64,000 nt of DNA from Piromyces finnis finn (GCA_002104945.1 MCFH01000085.1:94736-158735), one strand, 5' to 3'. Counted from the stretch's first letter, positions 33,512 through 48,316 are shown. A program made the numbers and translations. Notes: generated by a model from the letters alone, not told the origin.

Positions 33512-36141
33512 TTTAATCTTATTACTTTATCAATAATAATAATTGTTTTTTTTTTTGGATTTTCTATTCATAGATAAGATTACACAAACTTTAAATATTA
33601 ATATTTTTTAATTTATTGACCATGTTATCTTGAAACTATGTTTATTAATAAAAGTAACAATTTTGGTGACATTTTGTGTAAAATGAACCGAAATTTTAAG
33701 AAATAATAAATTAATTTTTATATTAATTTTAAAAAAAAAATTGGCATTTTACTTTCAAGAAAAGTTTTTATTTTATTTGTCACAAAAACAAAAGAAAAAA
33801 AAAAGTTTATACTTTTTCTCTTCATATTTTATTCATTATATGCACTTTCTTCATATTTTTATTTAATAATACTTGTAATAAAATAATAATATTAATAGCT
33901 GATTTATAAAATCAAAAAAAGCACTATAAAAAAATTTATAATTAAATTATTATCTTTATCTCAACATTTGATTGCTTTTTAGTGATGTAATCAACCAAAA
34001 ACTTTATATTATCCAATTACTATTAATTTTATATCAACTTTTAATTACTTTATTTAAATAAAAAAAAAGTATTATTATTAATACAATTATACGTTTTTTT
34101 CTATTTATATTTATAGCCTAAATTGTAATTGAAATTTAATATTTTAATTATAAAAATATTAATAATTGCACTTTATAATAAGAATTTTAAAAGATAATAT
34201 TATTAATAGTAAAAATATATTTATAATATTCCATTAATTCTATTAATTAGATTTATTGTATGAAAATTCAAATATCAACTCTATTGAAGAATATATAGAT
34301 TTATACGAATATTTATTTGCGGCTCTTAAATTTATTATATTCATTATATACAATATTATATTGTTTTATACTATTTATTTATAACTTTTCTTATAAATTT
34401 ATTATCTTATATTACTTTGGTAATAAAAAATAAGATCATTTTATGGAATGCATTATCATCATTTATTGTCATGACTAATATTATTTATGTATTATATTTA
34501 TAGAAAAATGTTAATTACCCATTGAATAACAATGAAAAAAGGCTTAAAAAAAGAATATCCAAATTATTTAAAAAACGGCAAGAAATTAATTTTAAATTTT
34601 TAAAAAAAAAAGATCTGCTAGTTTAATTTTATTTTTATATATTAATTTATTTTTAATTTATTTATAAAGCATTAATTACTATAAAAGTATTTTTACGGTT
34701 AATATTGGTGTAACAAAAAATGATAAAGATATCGAAAATAAATTAAATAGAAGTTTATCAATTAAAGCTTTTTTTAATAATATTGAAGTTACTTAAAAAG
34801 CTATGAATAATAAAACTATTACTATAATGTCTTTTACCATCATTTTAAAACAAAAAAAAATAAAAAAATGGTTATGAGTTATGGAGAAAAGAAGATAATT
34901 CAGCTAATAAAAATAAAAATTAAATTGATAAAAAAGTTTTACAATTTGATGAAATAGTAAAATCTTTGGCAATTGATCTAATTTTATAAACTTTACTTTG
35001 GTTAAATGATTTTATGTGTATCTTTATATTAATTTCTTTTCATCTTTAAAAGAATTGCCTTTTTTTTTTTTTCAGTTGTCTCTTCTTTATTGTTTCTGTT
35101 TTATTTTTTCTTTCTTTTTTTATTTTTTTTTTATGAAAACTTTTTTTTTTTTAATTATAAAACAATTTCTACATTCGTATTAATATAAATATGAATATAA
35201 TCTAAAATGGAATTTTATAAAGTCTTTTTGATGAAATATGAAATTGTAAAGTTAAAACCTTTTTTAAATTAAAAAGACGATGTTTTAAGGATTAGAAGAA
35301 TTTTTTTGTATTTATAGAATAGAATTTCTAAAAGGTTAGAAATTAAAATAAACAACAAAAAAAGTGAATATTTAATTAATACTTCATTTTAAATAATTCA
35401 TTCTTTGTAGATTGTAGTGAAATAATACATATATATTTGTTAATTGTTCTTATTTTTTAAGTCAATTCAAGTTTTTACAAATCAAATAGGATTAAAATAA
35501 AACTATGCTATGTATTAAATTCTTGTCTTTTTATTCATTAATTCTACCATATGTTTTTTCTCTATTTATACCTAATTCTAAATGAAATAATTATTTATAA
35601 AAATATAAAAAAATAAGAGAAATAAAAGTATTAACTTTTTAATAAAATAAAAGAAAAAAAGAATTTAATTTTAAATAATATTATAATATTAAAAAAGAAA
35701 AGAACAAACTCCAAAACATAAAAATATTTTTAAAATGCAATTCTATATAAACTATAAATGCATTTAAAAGTATATATAATGCTAGACAATAGATCATAAT
35801 AAATACATATATATTTAAATCCAATACTTCAGAGAATGATCCGTGCAGTCAAGCTCACTCCTCTTCTCTGTCCGTATTTTATTTAAATATATATATATAT
35901 ATGAAAAAAAAAAAAAAAGAATATTGATATCAATTATCTTTATACTTTTAAATGCATTTATAGCCCGATATATTAAATTATAGATAATAATATATTCTGA
36001 TTAATATGATATTAAAAGGATAAAAAGGTCTATTGCATAATAACATATATCATATATATAGAGAGAGTTTTTGAAAAACTAACTTTTTTTTTTGTTATTA
36101 TTCTATAGAGATTTTTTTAAAGAATTATTATTATTATTATT

Positions 36142-36397
<256 letters not shown>

Positions 36398-37277
36398 AAT
36401 TTCTTAAAGAATTAAAAAAGCTACATTTTTATTTATTATTATCAATATATTAAAAAAAAAAAAAGAAAAAAGAAAAAAGATTGGGAGAGTTTTGTTTTAT
36501 AAAAATTATTATAAAAAAATAATTATTAAAAAAACTTTATAAAGCTTAAAAATAATAATTGATATACATATTTGACGGATATAAGACATTTCAATAATTA
36601 ACCACTCATTAAAAAAAAAAAAGTAATTATGATTAATATTTTTTACTTTTCTTTAACTTTCATATTTAATTAAAGTTCATAATAATAATTCAAAGGTAAC
36701 ATCAAATGAATTATAATATAAATATCTAAACAAATTTATTTCTACCAATTTTTTTTACAAAACTATATTCATTATAAAAAAAAAAGGTAAACTTTATGAA
36801 AATTTTAATTTTAAATAAATGATTAATTATATAGTTTTTATTATGTATATTACTTAATATTAGTAATTATTAAGAATATGATATCAAATAGAAAATAGTA
36901 ATTATAATAATATGGATTAAATTATTAATAAACTTTATTTTTTGATACATAAAATTATACCTTTAATTCAATTTTAAATTATATTTATGTTTTTTACATT
37001 GACAATCCTTTTTTGTAATAATTATTAATTGCTTATTATAATATTATGATAATTATTATTTTCTCATTAGCATTATTAAATATATAATAATTTTATAATT
37101 TAAAATTTTTAATTTCTTTTTTTCTTTTTTTTTTTTTTTTAAAGATTAATAATTATTAAATAAATTACATTTTTGGATTATATATATAAAATTATTATTA
37201 TTTTTTCTCTATTTTAGAATATATATAACAAAAACTTTTATAAAAAAAAGTAAAAAAGAGCAAGAAGTATATATAGA

Positions 37278-38003
37278 ATGATATATAAAAACTTTAATAG
37301 AATACTATGGTTCATTACCATAGTTACATTATGGATGTTTGCTAATGCTAAAACTGGGGTATCTCGTATGAAAGCATTAGTACTTTACGCTCAATTTCCA
37401 ATGAAATCTATCACCAATTCATTAAGATCTTATGATATTGATTACCAGGAATGGGATGTCACAAAATTAAATGAAAATGAAAAACTTACACCAAAATTAT
37501 ATGATGATGGTAAAAGACCAATTTATTTTATGATTATTATTGATGGTAGTTTAGAAATTTATAATCCAGATAATAATGTTTGGGAATCTGTTCTTTCCTT
37601 AGATCAATGGAAGGAATTAGATGATTATGAAATGGCTAGTCATGCTAGACGTGTTATTGTTAATAATTTTACAAAACCAAAAATTGAAGGTCAATACATT
37701 TATTATGATGAAAAACAAATGATTACTCAAGATGTCGTTAGTGCCAGTAATAATTATGCTTTAAAGATATTTAATGATGCTAGAATTAAGAGATCTGCTC
37801 CATTAACTTCAGAAGGGTAAATATATTTATAAATCAATTATAATAATATAAAAATGTATTTATAGGATTCTAAGTATATATATATTTCTATTTCTTTAAT
37901 CTCTTAAATATATATATCATATATATTAATTTTTTTCTTTATATTATTTATCTATATAATTTGTATATTTTTGAATTTTTTTATTCATTATCCCTTCATA
38001 TCA

Positions 38004-38034
<31 letters not shown>

Positions 38035-40760
38035 AAAATTATTCAATACTACAATTATTATTACTATATAAATACATATATATATATATATACATATTTA
38101 CTACTAACCTATCACCAATAATAAAACCATTTATTAATATTATTTTAATAAAAATGGTTAAATTTTTTTTTTTACTTTGTATAATTCAAATGATATACTT
38201 TATATTTTAATGATACAATCCAATTTTATTTTCATTTATTTCATTTTCATTTATTTCATTTATTATATGAATTTAATAAATATGAATCGATAGTCTTGTT
38301 CATTCTGGTTTAGAATACTCAAAAGATAAAGGTATTATTCCAATTTTATATTTTAAACCTACAAAATCTGTCATTAAAAAAACATTAGCAGCAGCTATTA
38401 TAAATCAAGAAGATGGTCGTGAAATCTTTTCATTCTTTATTCAATTCACAGAAGATTCACTAACTTCTACAATGCTTAATCATCTTTGGATTATCTGGGC
38501 TTCACGTAGTCTTATTCCGGGTCATCGTAGAGTTTTCTTTAATCCACAAATTGAAAATGTTTTCCTTTCCTCTCGTATTGTTGATGAAACTATGGAAGAT
38601 CGAGGGGTCACCGTAGATAACTTTGAAAATGCACTCTCCAAAAAATACCGTTCTTCTGTTCATGATTTCGAGAAAATAATTGAATTTGTCAAGAATCTCA
38701 ATAAAAATGGAGATATGACCGTAGGTTCTAAACTTCAAATTGAATTAGCCTTCAATGGAGATGGTATTCATCAATACCTTGATTCCATAGATACACCTTC
38801 TCATGATATTCATGCTAGATCCACTGAAGGAAAGCTTGTTGCAATTGTTGGTAATAAAATTTTAAATGCTAGTTCAAAATCTCAAAAAACAGAAAAAGAA
38901 ATTCTTTTAGAAGAAATTTCAAAGTATTGGAATACTCGTCATGAAACTTTATCCGAGGATGAACTTTTCAATTTCTTTAACGATATCAATATTCGTAAAG
39001 AATTTAATTGGGTTTCAAACACCTTTTCTAACGATGTTTTCGTCAATACCACTCAAAAGGAAGTTCGTGATGAAGTTCTTAATAATCTCGAAGTTGCCAT
39101 GCATTTAGGCCTTTTAAGTAAAGATTTAAGTAATTCAGAAAATTGGTGGTCCAAAGGAAGTATAGGAACCAAAGGTTCTTTAGGTTTCACAGATCAAACG
39201 GTCGTCAATACATTTAAAGATTTTAACATTCACTACGGTTTGGGCAACAGACATCGTGAAGATATTGTTAATCATGATAATGACTACTTACCATTCATTT
39301 CCCCATTTAACAATTTTTATGTCATTCCAAGAGACAAACGTCTTGCCTTAAGATGGTCTTCTTCTCCCCTTCAAACCATTTGGCTCTACAAAAAATTCTA
39401 CAAGGAAGACTATTTTTCCGAAACTACCAATACAAAAAAATCACTCGATGAGAAGGAATTAAATCAACAAAACCTTTCAGATTGGTTTAAGATTTTAGAT
39501 ATTGAATCGGAGGATGCAGTTCAATCCCTTCTTAGCCTTAAACATGATCCATTTGTATTTAATCAAGCCAACATTAGAATTAACGATAGTAAAACCAATG
39601 ATAATAATAGTATTATGGCTCAATGGCTTCAAGCAACCATTCAAAAATACAATGCTTACGTTCACTGGCCAATGATATCTTCAAAATCAGATGATCTCGC
39701 CAAATATTATGTTGATCGTGCTCTTCGAAAGGATTGTGGCATTGAATACAGTTATTCGCATAATGAAACTCACATTTTAAGTATTCAAGTTGTTTCTCGT
39801 CAAGCTTGTCGTGTTCCTATCACTGTTGCTGAAGGTGTTAAGAAAAATCTTGAGGATAATGCTTTTACCTATGAAAAGATTGGTAATGATCCTTTAACTG
39901 TATGGATTGATTTACCAGGGGATAGTGTAACCAAAATTATTCCATTAGAACCAGCCCTTTCCTATAACGATCGTTCTATCTTCCATTTATCTGGTGATTC
40001 AGAATTTGATGCTGTTGACAGCGGCACTGAAGGTGATGATGAAACAGAAGAAAACCCAGAACAAAAGATTATGGAAAAAATTAATGTTATTACCAAACCT
40101 GTGAAAAAAGTTGGAAAATCAAAATCTAAGTCTACTATTTTAGCCTCAACCACCACCACCTCTACTAAACCATTGACAACACAAACATCCACTCCAACTA
40201 CCAATAGTATTAAGTCGAATATGGAAAGAATTTTAAATAGTCATCGTCGTATTGATAAAAGATCTGAAATAGATCCCCCATTCGAACATCACATGGCTTC
40301 CGTCGAAGATATTTATAATAAAATTATTCAAGAACACCGTCCACACAACGAAGAAATGAGAGAAAGAATAACAGATGATGAATTCCGTATTAGACATAAA
40401 GAAGCTTTTGAACGTATGTTAGATCATGTCGATAAAATGAAGGAACCTCATCATGAAATGTTTAAAAAAATATTTAAGGAAAGACTTAATAGAATAAAGG
40501 AAGAAGAAAATCATGAGCAATCACAAAAGAATGAAAAGGAAACAGCAGTAACAGATGAATCACAACCAAAAGAAAACATAATTCGTAGATCCAACCAAAA
40601 ATTATATCGTAGAAATGAAGTTGTTGAAGATATCAATCCAAATTATTATATTTCTGAAATGGAAAGTGGAAGAAGAGCACAAGAAGCAATGAATATAAAA
40701 TTTATGAAAATTAATGATATCTATTTGAAAAAAGCTAAACAAGAACGTGATAAGCAATAA
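37278..40760 (+). CDS. Secreted Agd3/CE18-like polysaccharide deacetylase homolog, predicted catalytically inactive, with charged C-terminal extension; 2 exons
   Basis: Exons 37278-37816 and 38294-40760 (phase 2, GT-AG), with an N-terminal signal peptide. Agd3-like blocks: DGREIFSFF, MLNHLWIIWASR, RRVFFNPQIENVFL, WVSNTFSN, LLSLKHDPFVFNQANIR, WPMISSK, RKDCG. Confidence 0.75.
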
Positions 40761-43700
40761 AAAATAATTATGCACTAAAAAACAAAGAAAAAGAAAAACC
40801 AAAAAAAAAAATATATATAAATGTTTATTAAAAATTATTTTAATTACCATATACAACTCTTTTAATGACCTTATATAGAGCAACATATATATTACTCTAT
40901 ATAGAAATTAAAAATACCTATATTTTCCATATCTATACACATTCCATATACAATTTATTAGGGATAATCCAAAAGATATTTTTTATTACTATTACTAGAT
41001 ATAAGTAATTTAATTTAATATTTAATTAGTACAGTTGTTTTTTTAATAAAATATAAAATCTAAATGCAGTAAATAAAATAAAATAAAATAAATATAATAT
41101 TTTTTTTTATATTACAAAACAAAATAAATAAATATTTTATTATAATTATAAACCAAGAAATGGTTTACAAAGTTACAGAGTAGTGAAATATTAACAATAT
41201 TTTATACTATAAAATATTTTATTTTCATATATAAAAAAAAAACCTCTTAATACTATTAAATAGGTGTCTTTTTTTTTTTTATCAAAACAAATCTCTTAAT
41301 TCTTTTCTTATTTCTATTCATAAAAAAATACTTTTAAAGCATATATCTATTTCTTAATGTTTCCACGTGGCTGTATATCAGCTGTTATACTGCCTGTCTA
41401 CATAAATAGAAAGCCTGATTTTTGATTGAATAGGGAATATTTTGAAAAAGTAGGTTCATTGGTAACATTAGCAATAAATTGAAATGTAAATTAATATACG
41501 AAATATTATATAGATATATTTATTATGAATAAATTTTATTTTTTTGTATAATAAAAATTTCCTTTTTTACCTGTAGAAATTTAATATATAATTATTATAT
41601 CTTAATTTATGGTAAAGTATACTCATACATATATTATTAATTAATGGATGATGTTTTAATTATTAAAAATAAACTCTAACATACACCAAAAAAGGAAATA
41701 AAATTATGAATTAATTTATTTTTTAAAAAAAATATTTTGTGTATTTAATAAAAATAAAGTTTTAAGTAATATATTATACAATCAATTATAATATATAATC
41801 AATTTATTTTTTTTGTAGATTTTTTTTTAAAAAAATAACAAAAGAAATTTGACTAACTGAATCAACATGACAAGTCGAAGAGGTGCCTTTTTTTTGGGAC
41901 AGATAAAAATTTTATGGTTATTGTCATTAAGGCATAAAAATTTTGTTGCGTTTTGTTAGTACAATAAAATGTTTTGCCTAAGTCTAGAATAAAATCACAA
42001 TTAACTTTCTTTTTATTTAATTCCACCTTCAAAAGAAAGATAATTCAATGTAATATTAAAAAATTATAAAGGTTGTTGGCCTAAATTTTATAGATATAAA
42101 AAAAGAAAAGTTTTTTTTTGTGAGAAATACATTTATTTGTTTTATAATTTTATTTATTTATTTTATATAGAAATTATTTACTTATTCATTTACATTCATC
42201 ACACAGTCAGATGATATATTTTATAAATTCAATTTCAATTTATTTCAATTTATAAATAATTCAATAAATCTACACTCATAACTTATATTACATTATACTG
42301 TAATATATAATATAATTAAATATTTCAAAAATTGAATTATAATGACTATATTGTAATATATGAAAAATTAAATTATGATATTAATTTATATGTGCGATTT
42401 AATTAACATATATCAAAAAAATCAATTTTCCAATATGTATATTAATAAATTAAAAATTCAAATTTTAATTGTTAATATTTTATAGATTTAATTACAGTTA
42501 TATTATTATACATTTATTCTATATTATAATTAATTTTAATATATATTATGTGTTTTATAAAATAAATTAAATTTAATATTTATACAACTATTATAATATA
42601 TTATAATATATTATATGTTAATTAAAATATAATTACAATGATAATACAATTAAATTTTCTTAATTAAAAATTATCAAATTCATAAATTTGTGAATTCTAT
42701 AATAAGTAAATGAATAAAAACTTTTAAATAAATAAATTATTATAAATAAATAAATAAATAGATGAATAAATAACTAAATAAATAAATAAATAGTTAACTA
42801 AATAGAGTGATAGAATATTAAGTCTATTTAAATAATAATAAAATAAATAATAAGTGATTCATTATTTCATTATTTCATTCCTAAAAGATGTTTTTTTATT
42901 TTATTATTATAATAATAATAATAATGAAACTGGTTGTAGCTTATTAATAATAAAAACATTGAATGAATAGATTTAGATTTACAATATGTTTATATTTTAC
43001 GCCATATTAATAATTTTTGTTTATTTGTATTTAATTATATAATTATATTCATTCATTTATATATATTGTATAATTTATTTACATAAATTTTATTCATTTA
43101 TATATACTATATAATTTATTTAAAATATTTTATCTATTCATTTATTTAGCATTATACGTTTTTTTAATTAATTTATTATATTATTTAAATTGATTTGCAA
43201 TAAATAAAAAATTTATTACAATAAAAATTTTAATTTTTTTTTTACTTTTTTTTTTTTTTTTTTTTGATATTTACTTTGATCCATTAATAAAAATTTATAA
43301 AAAAAAGAAAAGCCTATTTTATATTTAATAATAATAAAAAAAGGCGATTGATTTGGATTCATTTTATTTATTTAAAAAAAAAAGTATCGAATTATTATTA
43401 AAATAATCGATGAAGATAATCCAATCAATAAAGTAATAATAATAAATACAAAGTAACATTTGTTTTTACTTATAACAATACATTCATTAATTTAAGATTT
43501 GATTTCAAAATCAAATATAAAAATCAAATATAAATATATATTATTCATTGATTTTTGAATTTCCTATTTTATTTAAAAAAAAAAAAATTGAATATACAGT
43601 TTTCTATTATATATATATATATTAGACATTAACCGTTTAAGAAATAGAAAAACAATATTCATATTATTCATATAAAAAAAAAGTTTGAATAGATTAAATT

Positions 43701-44406
43701 AATTAAATAAATAATAATAACAATTAAAAAAAAAAAAAAAAAACATCTTTTTCATTTTAAGTAACTTTTTTTTTATTAATCGAGGGAAATCAATTAATTA
43801 TTAATTTTCTTCCTTTTGAAATAAGATAATTTTTAATTTTAAATTGTATTACAACTTACAACAATAAAGCTTTTTTTTCTTTTGGAAATTTAAGAAAGAA
43901 AAAAACTTTTAAATATCATATCTTTTCTTTATGTGAAATTAAGATAAACAAAATAAATACTTTTATTATATCAAAAACATAAATAAAATATATTTTATTT
44001 AAAATAATAAAAAGTATTGTACAATAACTAAATTATTTTTTTTAAAAAAAAAAAGTTTTATAGAAAGACGTATAAAGGTAAATATATTTCATAAACAAAA
44101 AAATAATAAGAGAACAATATCATTAAAATCAAATTTATAAAAGAATAATAAATTAAATAAATATTTAAATAATTAAAAATTTATTAATGTTTTTTTTATT
44201 ATTATTATTTCTTAAATAATCTATTATTATTGTATTTATAGTGTAAACAATAAATATTAGACTCAATAAAGTATTATCTTTTTATTAATACTAATAGATA
44301 AAATCTTTTTTCAACAATTTTGAAAACGATTAAATAAAAGTAATTCAATACTTATCAATTCATAAATTAAAAAAAAAAGATTATTATATTATATATAAGG
44401 AACAAA

Positions 44407-45855
44407 ATGAATAACTTAATATTTTTAATGGTACTTTTACTTTCTTTCGCAAAGTATAGTATTCAAGGTAAACAAAAAAAAAAAAGATTAACATGAAAAA
44501 AATTGAAATACTACATTACTATTTACTTAAATGAATAATATTGAAAAAAGATAAAATTCATGACTTTAACTAGTTTTTTTTTTTTTTTTTTATGTATTAT
44601 TAATAAATTTATTATTTTATTTATATAATCCATACATTCTATTATAGATTGTTGTTATGTTGCTCAAATTCAGGGTGACGGAAAAGTATCCTATAATGTT
44701 GATATTATACTAAAACCTGAAGCAAATGAAGTTAAAATTAATTATTATGATGATTATATTGTTAGTGGAATAGATTCATATTGTCAACCTGGTCAATCAG
44801 GAGTTGACAGTTCAGGTAAAGTAGTTTGTCAAAAAAGTGGACATCCAGGTTACTTCCAAACTCGTGTCATCATGCAAGATCCAAATGGTGGAATTATTAA
44901 CAATGTTGATTTTGACATTAAAGCTGATGGTATGAGATGTAATAGAAGTTATGATACCTGTAATCCTAATGGAACAATTTCATCACAAAATGCAAATGAT
45001 TATTGTTTAGGAATTTTGGGTTGTTACCCAAAAAAGGCATGTTATATTGCTCTTGTTGTATTTGTTGTTTGTATTGGTGGTATTATTCTTGCTATTGTTC
45101 GTAGAAATTCTGGATCTGGAGAAAAGGCTGCATTAGATCGTCCAAATACTAGAAGAGATCACTTAGATGACCGTCCAGATCCTATCAGTAATTATAATTC
45201 TCCAGCTAATAATAAAGAAACTTTAATTCAAATTGAGGAAATGCCAGTAGATTTCAAGGAAGCTGGTACCACAAATTGGGTAAATAAAAAATATAGTTCT
45301 CCAGGAAAAGATTTGGGTTTGGGTTTAGGTAGTGGTAGTGGTTTTGGTAGTCGTAGCTCATTATTACCAACCTCTAATGTTACTGTTATTAATGATCCAG
45401 CAGCTGGTTTAAATCGTGGTAGATCTGTTAAGAGAACTCAATCTACAAGATCTACCAAGAAACCACGTTCTAATGATCCAAATCATATGAATGCACCACC
45501 ACTTCCAAATGCATCTCCATTATACAGTACAGCTAGTCTAAATAGAAATAAGAGTACACGTTCAGTTAAATCTGTAAAATCTGTAAAATCTGTTAAATCC
45601 ACTAAATCTATAAAGAAACCAAGACCAACTGAAGGTAATGGTAGTAGTACTCTTACTGCAAAAAAATCAGTAAGAAGACAACCATCTCAAAAGAGATATC
45701 AAATACCGTCAGATTCTGAATCAGATTCAGATTCAGATAATGAAGTTTTAGGTTTAAGAGCTAAACAACCTTCAATGAAAAGACCTAATAATGGATCTGG
45801 TTCTTATAAAACTCATCATACCACTCATAGTAAGGGTAAGACCTCAAGATATTAA
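44407..45855 (+). CDS. Orphan type I single-pass membrane protein (422 aa), 2 exons
   Basis: Exon 44407-44467 encodes a signal peptide; exon 44648-45855 follows (phase 1, GT-AG). Cys-rich ectodomain, TM segment YIALVVFVVCIGGIILAIV followed by RR, and a Ser/Lys/Arg/Pro-rich cytoplasmic tail. Confidence 0.85.
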
Positions 45856-47392
45856 GCATCTTTTTTTTTTTATTATTATTAAAAAACAATAATTCATTTT
45901 TTACTTTTTTAAATATTATTTTTATATACAATTATTTAATTTATACGAGGACTTAAAAAAAAATTTTTTATATGTTATTAAAGAATGTTTTAATATTTTA
46001 TATTATATAGTTTTTAATTTTATTTATTATTACTGTAACATGTTATATATATATATATATTTTCTTAGTTTTATTTTATATTTATATATATATATATATA
46101 TTTTAAAAGAAAAAGACAAAAATATTATAATATATAGTATTTTATTATTTTTAAACCCCTTTTTATAGAAAGAAAGAAAATAATAATAATTAACATTTGA
46201 TAAATATTTAAAGTGAGTAAAAAAAATAAAAATAAAAATAAAAAAAATTAAAAACAAGACAGAAACTATCAAATATACAAGTCTAAAAAAAAATTAGAAA
46301 AAAAAAAAAAAAAGAATCATTAAAAAGAAAATAACAAAATCAATACACAATCTTTAAATTTTCTTAAATAAAATTATTTATATCAAGGAATTTAGACATT
46401 CTTTTTCATTTTCTTTTTAATATTTTTTAAAGAGTTTTTGTTTTTGTTTTTACTTTTTTTATTTTTTATTTTATGCTTACTCTTTTTTATCATTATTATT
46501 ATCATTATTATTCTTATAATAGATGCAGATAGAAGTTAGATTTTTTTTTTACAGATGATAATAAGTTTTTTTTTTTTCCTTCTTTTAGAAAGAGAGAAAG
46601 AAAAAACACTTTTAAATAATAATAATAAAAAAATATTAAATATAATTAGTTTTTTATATAAAATCTTTTATTATTATTATTAAAGATACACCTTTTTTTT
46701 TTATATGATTATATATTTTTTATTATTATAAATACAACATTCTTTTTTACATATGGTTATATATAGTTTTTAAAAGCATACCTTTTTATATGATTATATA
46801 GTTTTTATTTTATTATTATAGATATATACCTCTTTCTTATTTTATACATATTTTATATAGTTTTTATTATTATTATTATTATTATTATTTTTTTTTTTTT
46901 TTTTTTTTGTTATTTAAGATTTAAAATTATTAAACCTTTTATACTAATTCTGGTACTAATAAAAATTCTATTTTTTTTTTTTTTATTTTCATTACTATTA
47001 TTATTATTCTTATTTATAAATGCTTATCGCTAATAGAGAAAAAAGTAAAATATACCTCACCACGTTATAATAAATATTAATGGATCAGAAAAGAAAACTA
47101 ATAATAAAAAAAAAATAAAATACAAAATTAAAATACAAAATTAAAATTAGAAAAAAAAAACTAAACATTAAAAAAATAAATAAACAAATAACAAAACAAC
47201 AAATAAATATATATAATAAAATAAATAAATAAATACATAATAAAATAAATAAATTTATTTTAATCTTTTTTTGTATTTAATTTTTTTTTTTTTTTTTAGA
47301 ATTTTTATATAAGTAAATAATAATTAAATATAAAAAACCATTCTTTACCATTTATTTTCATAAAAAAAAAAAATTAAATAAATAAAAATAAA

Positions 47393-48316
47393 ATGGAAAT
47401 CTCAATAGAATTTATCCTATTAGAATTAATAACATTATTAATATTTATTGTATCTATTAAAAAAGAGATATTAACTGTTGGAGGTTCTTTTTCAGCATTG
47501 ATTGTTGGTACCATTATATCATTATGTGGATTTGAATATTTTGTTGTCTTGGCAGCATTCTTTTTCTCATCTACTAAAGCCACTCATCTTCATAAACAAA
47601 TAAAAACAAAACTTTTAGGAGAAACTTATTTAAAAGAGAAAAAAAGAAATGCTATTCAAGTTTTATCAAAAAGTTTATTTCCAACTTTGGTATGTTTCAT
47701 CATTTATGCAAACTATGATGGTAAAGGTATGAATATTTTTAATATAAAATCACATCCTTCTACGACTACCCTTTGTAAAACATTCTTAGACGCCTTTTTC
47801 ATAGGATTCTTTGAATCCGCCAATGCTGATACTTGGGCCAGTGAATTGGGTATATTAAGTCGTGAATCACCTATATTAATATTACATGGATTTAAGTCCG
47901 TACCCAAGGGAATTAATGGAGCAATATCTCGTTATGGCACAGTTTGTAGTATTTTAGGAGGTATGTTTATAAGTTCTGTTGTTATCCTTTGTAATATATT
48001 TAGAATGGGTTTAGTATCATTTTTAAAATCTGATAACAGAGTATTCCTATTGGGTGTAAAAATATTAGTATTTGGAGGTTTTATTGGTTTTATTGGTTCA
48101 CTAATTGATTCTATACTAGGTCAAACGGTTCAACTCACCATTTATAATGTTACCAAAGAATGTGTCATTGAAAAAGAAGCTGAAGCTGAAGCTCGTAAAA
48201 ATGGCGATGAACTTAAATATTATGGTAAGGATCTTTTTAATAATAGTGGAATTAATTTAATAACTGGTGTTGTCACTGCTTTAATTGCAGGTTATTTAGC
48301 CACTCTTATTTTTTAA
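47393..48316 (+). CDS. TMEM19: TMEM19/DUF92 family multi-pass membrane protein, intronless
   Basis: DUF92 motifs LTVGGSFSALIVG, FFFSSTKATH, RNAIQVLSKS, ANADTWASELG, VPKGINGAISRYGT, GSLIDSILGQTVQ. Confidence 0.92.
   Translation: MEISIEFILLELITLLIFIVSIKKEILTVGGSFSALIVGTIISLCGFEYFVVLAAFFFSSTKATHLHKQIKTKLLGETYLKEKKRNAIQVLSKSLFPTLVCFIIYANYDGKGMNIFNIKSHPSTTTLCKTFLDAFFIGFFESANADTWASELGILSRESPILILHGFKSVPKGINGAISRYGTVCSILGGMFISSVVILCNIFRMGLVSFLKSDNRVFLLGVKILVFGGFIGFIGSLIDSILGQTVQLTIYNVTKECVIEKEAEAEARKNGDELKYYGKDLFNNSGINLITGVVTALIAGYLATLIF

Noticed and set aside
34260-34800. Fragments resembling a decayed multi-pass membrane protein (YLFAALKFIIFIIY, KIILWNALSSFIVM)
   Set aside because: They contain multiple stops and no family motif can be assigned; AT-rich DNA gives hydrophobic frames by chance.
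35833-35870. ATGA...AA as a possible SECIS element
   Set aside because: There is no 3' GA to complete the non-Watson-Crick quartet and no upstream selenoprotein candidate.
41341-42090. Two GC-richer islands with ~60-codon open frames (one with LRHKNFV, kinase-like)
   Set aside because: They are too short, with no other kinase subdomains and no ncRNA consensus (TPP riboswitch and snRNAs checked by eye).
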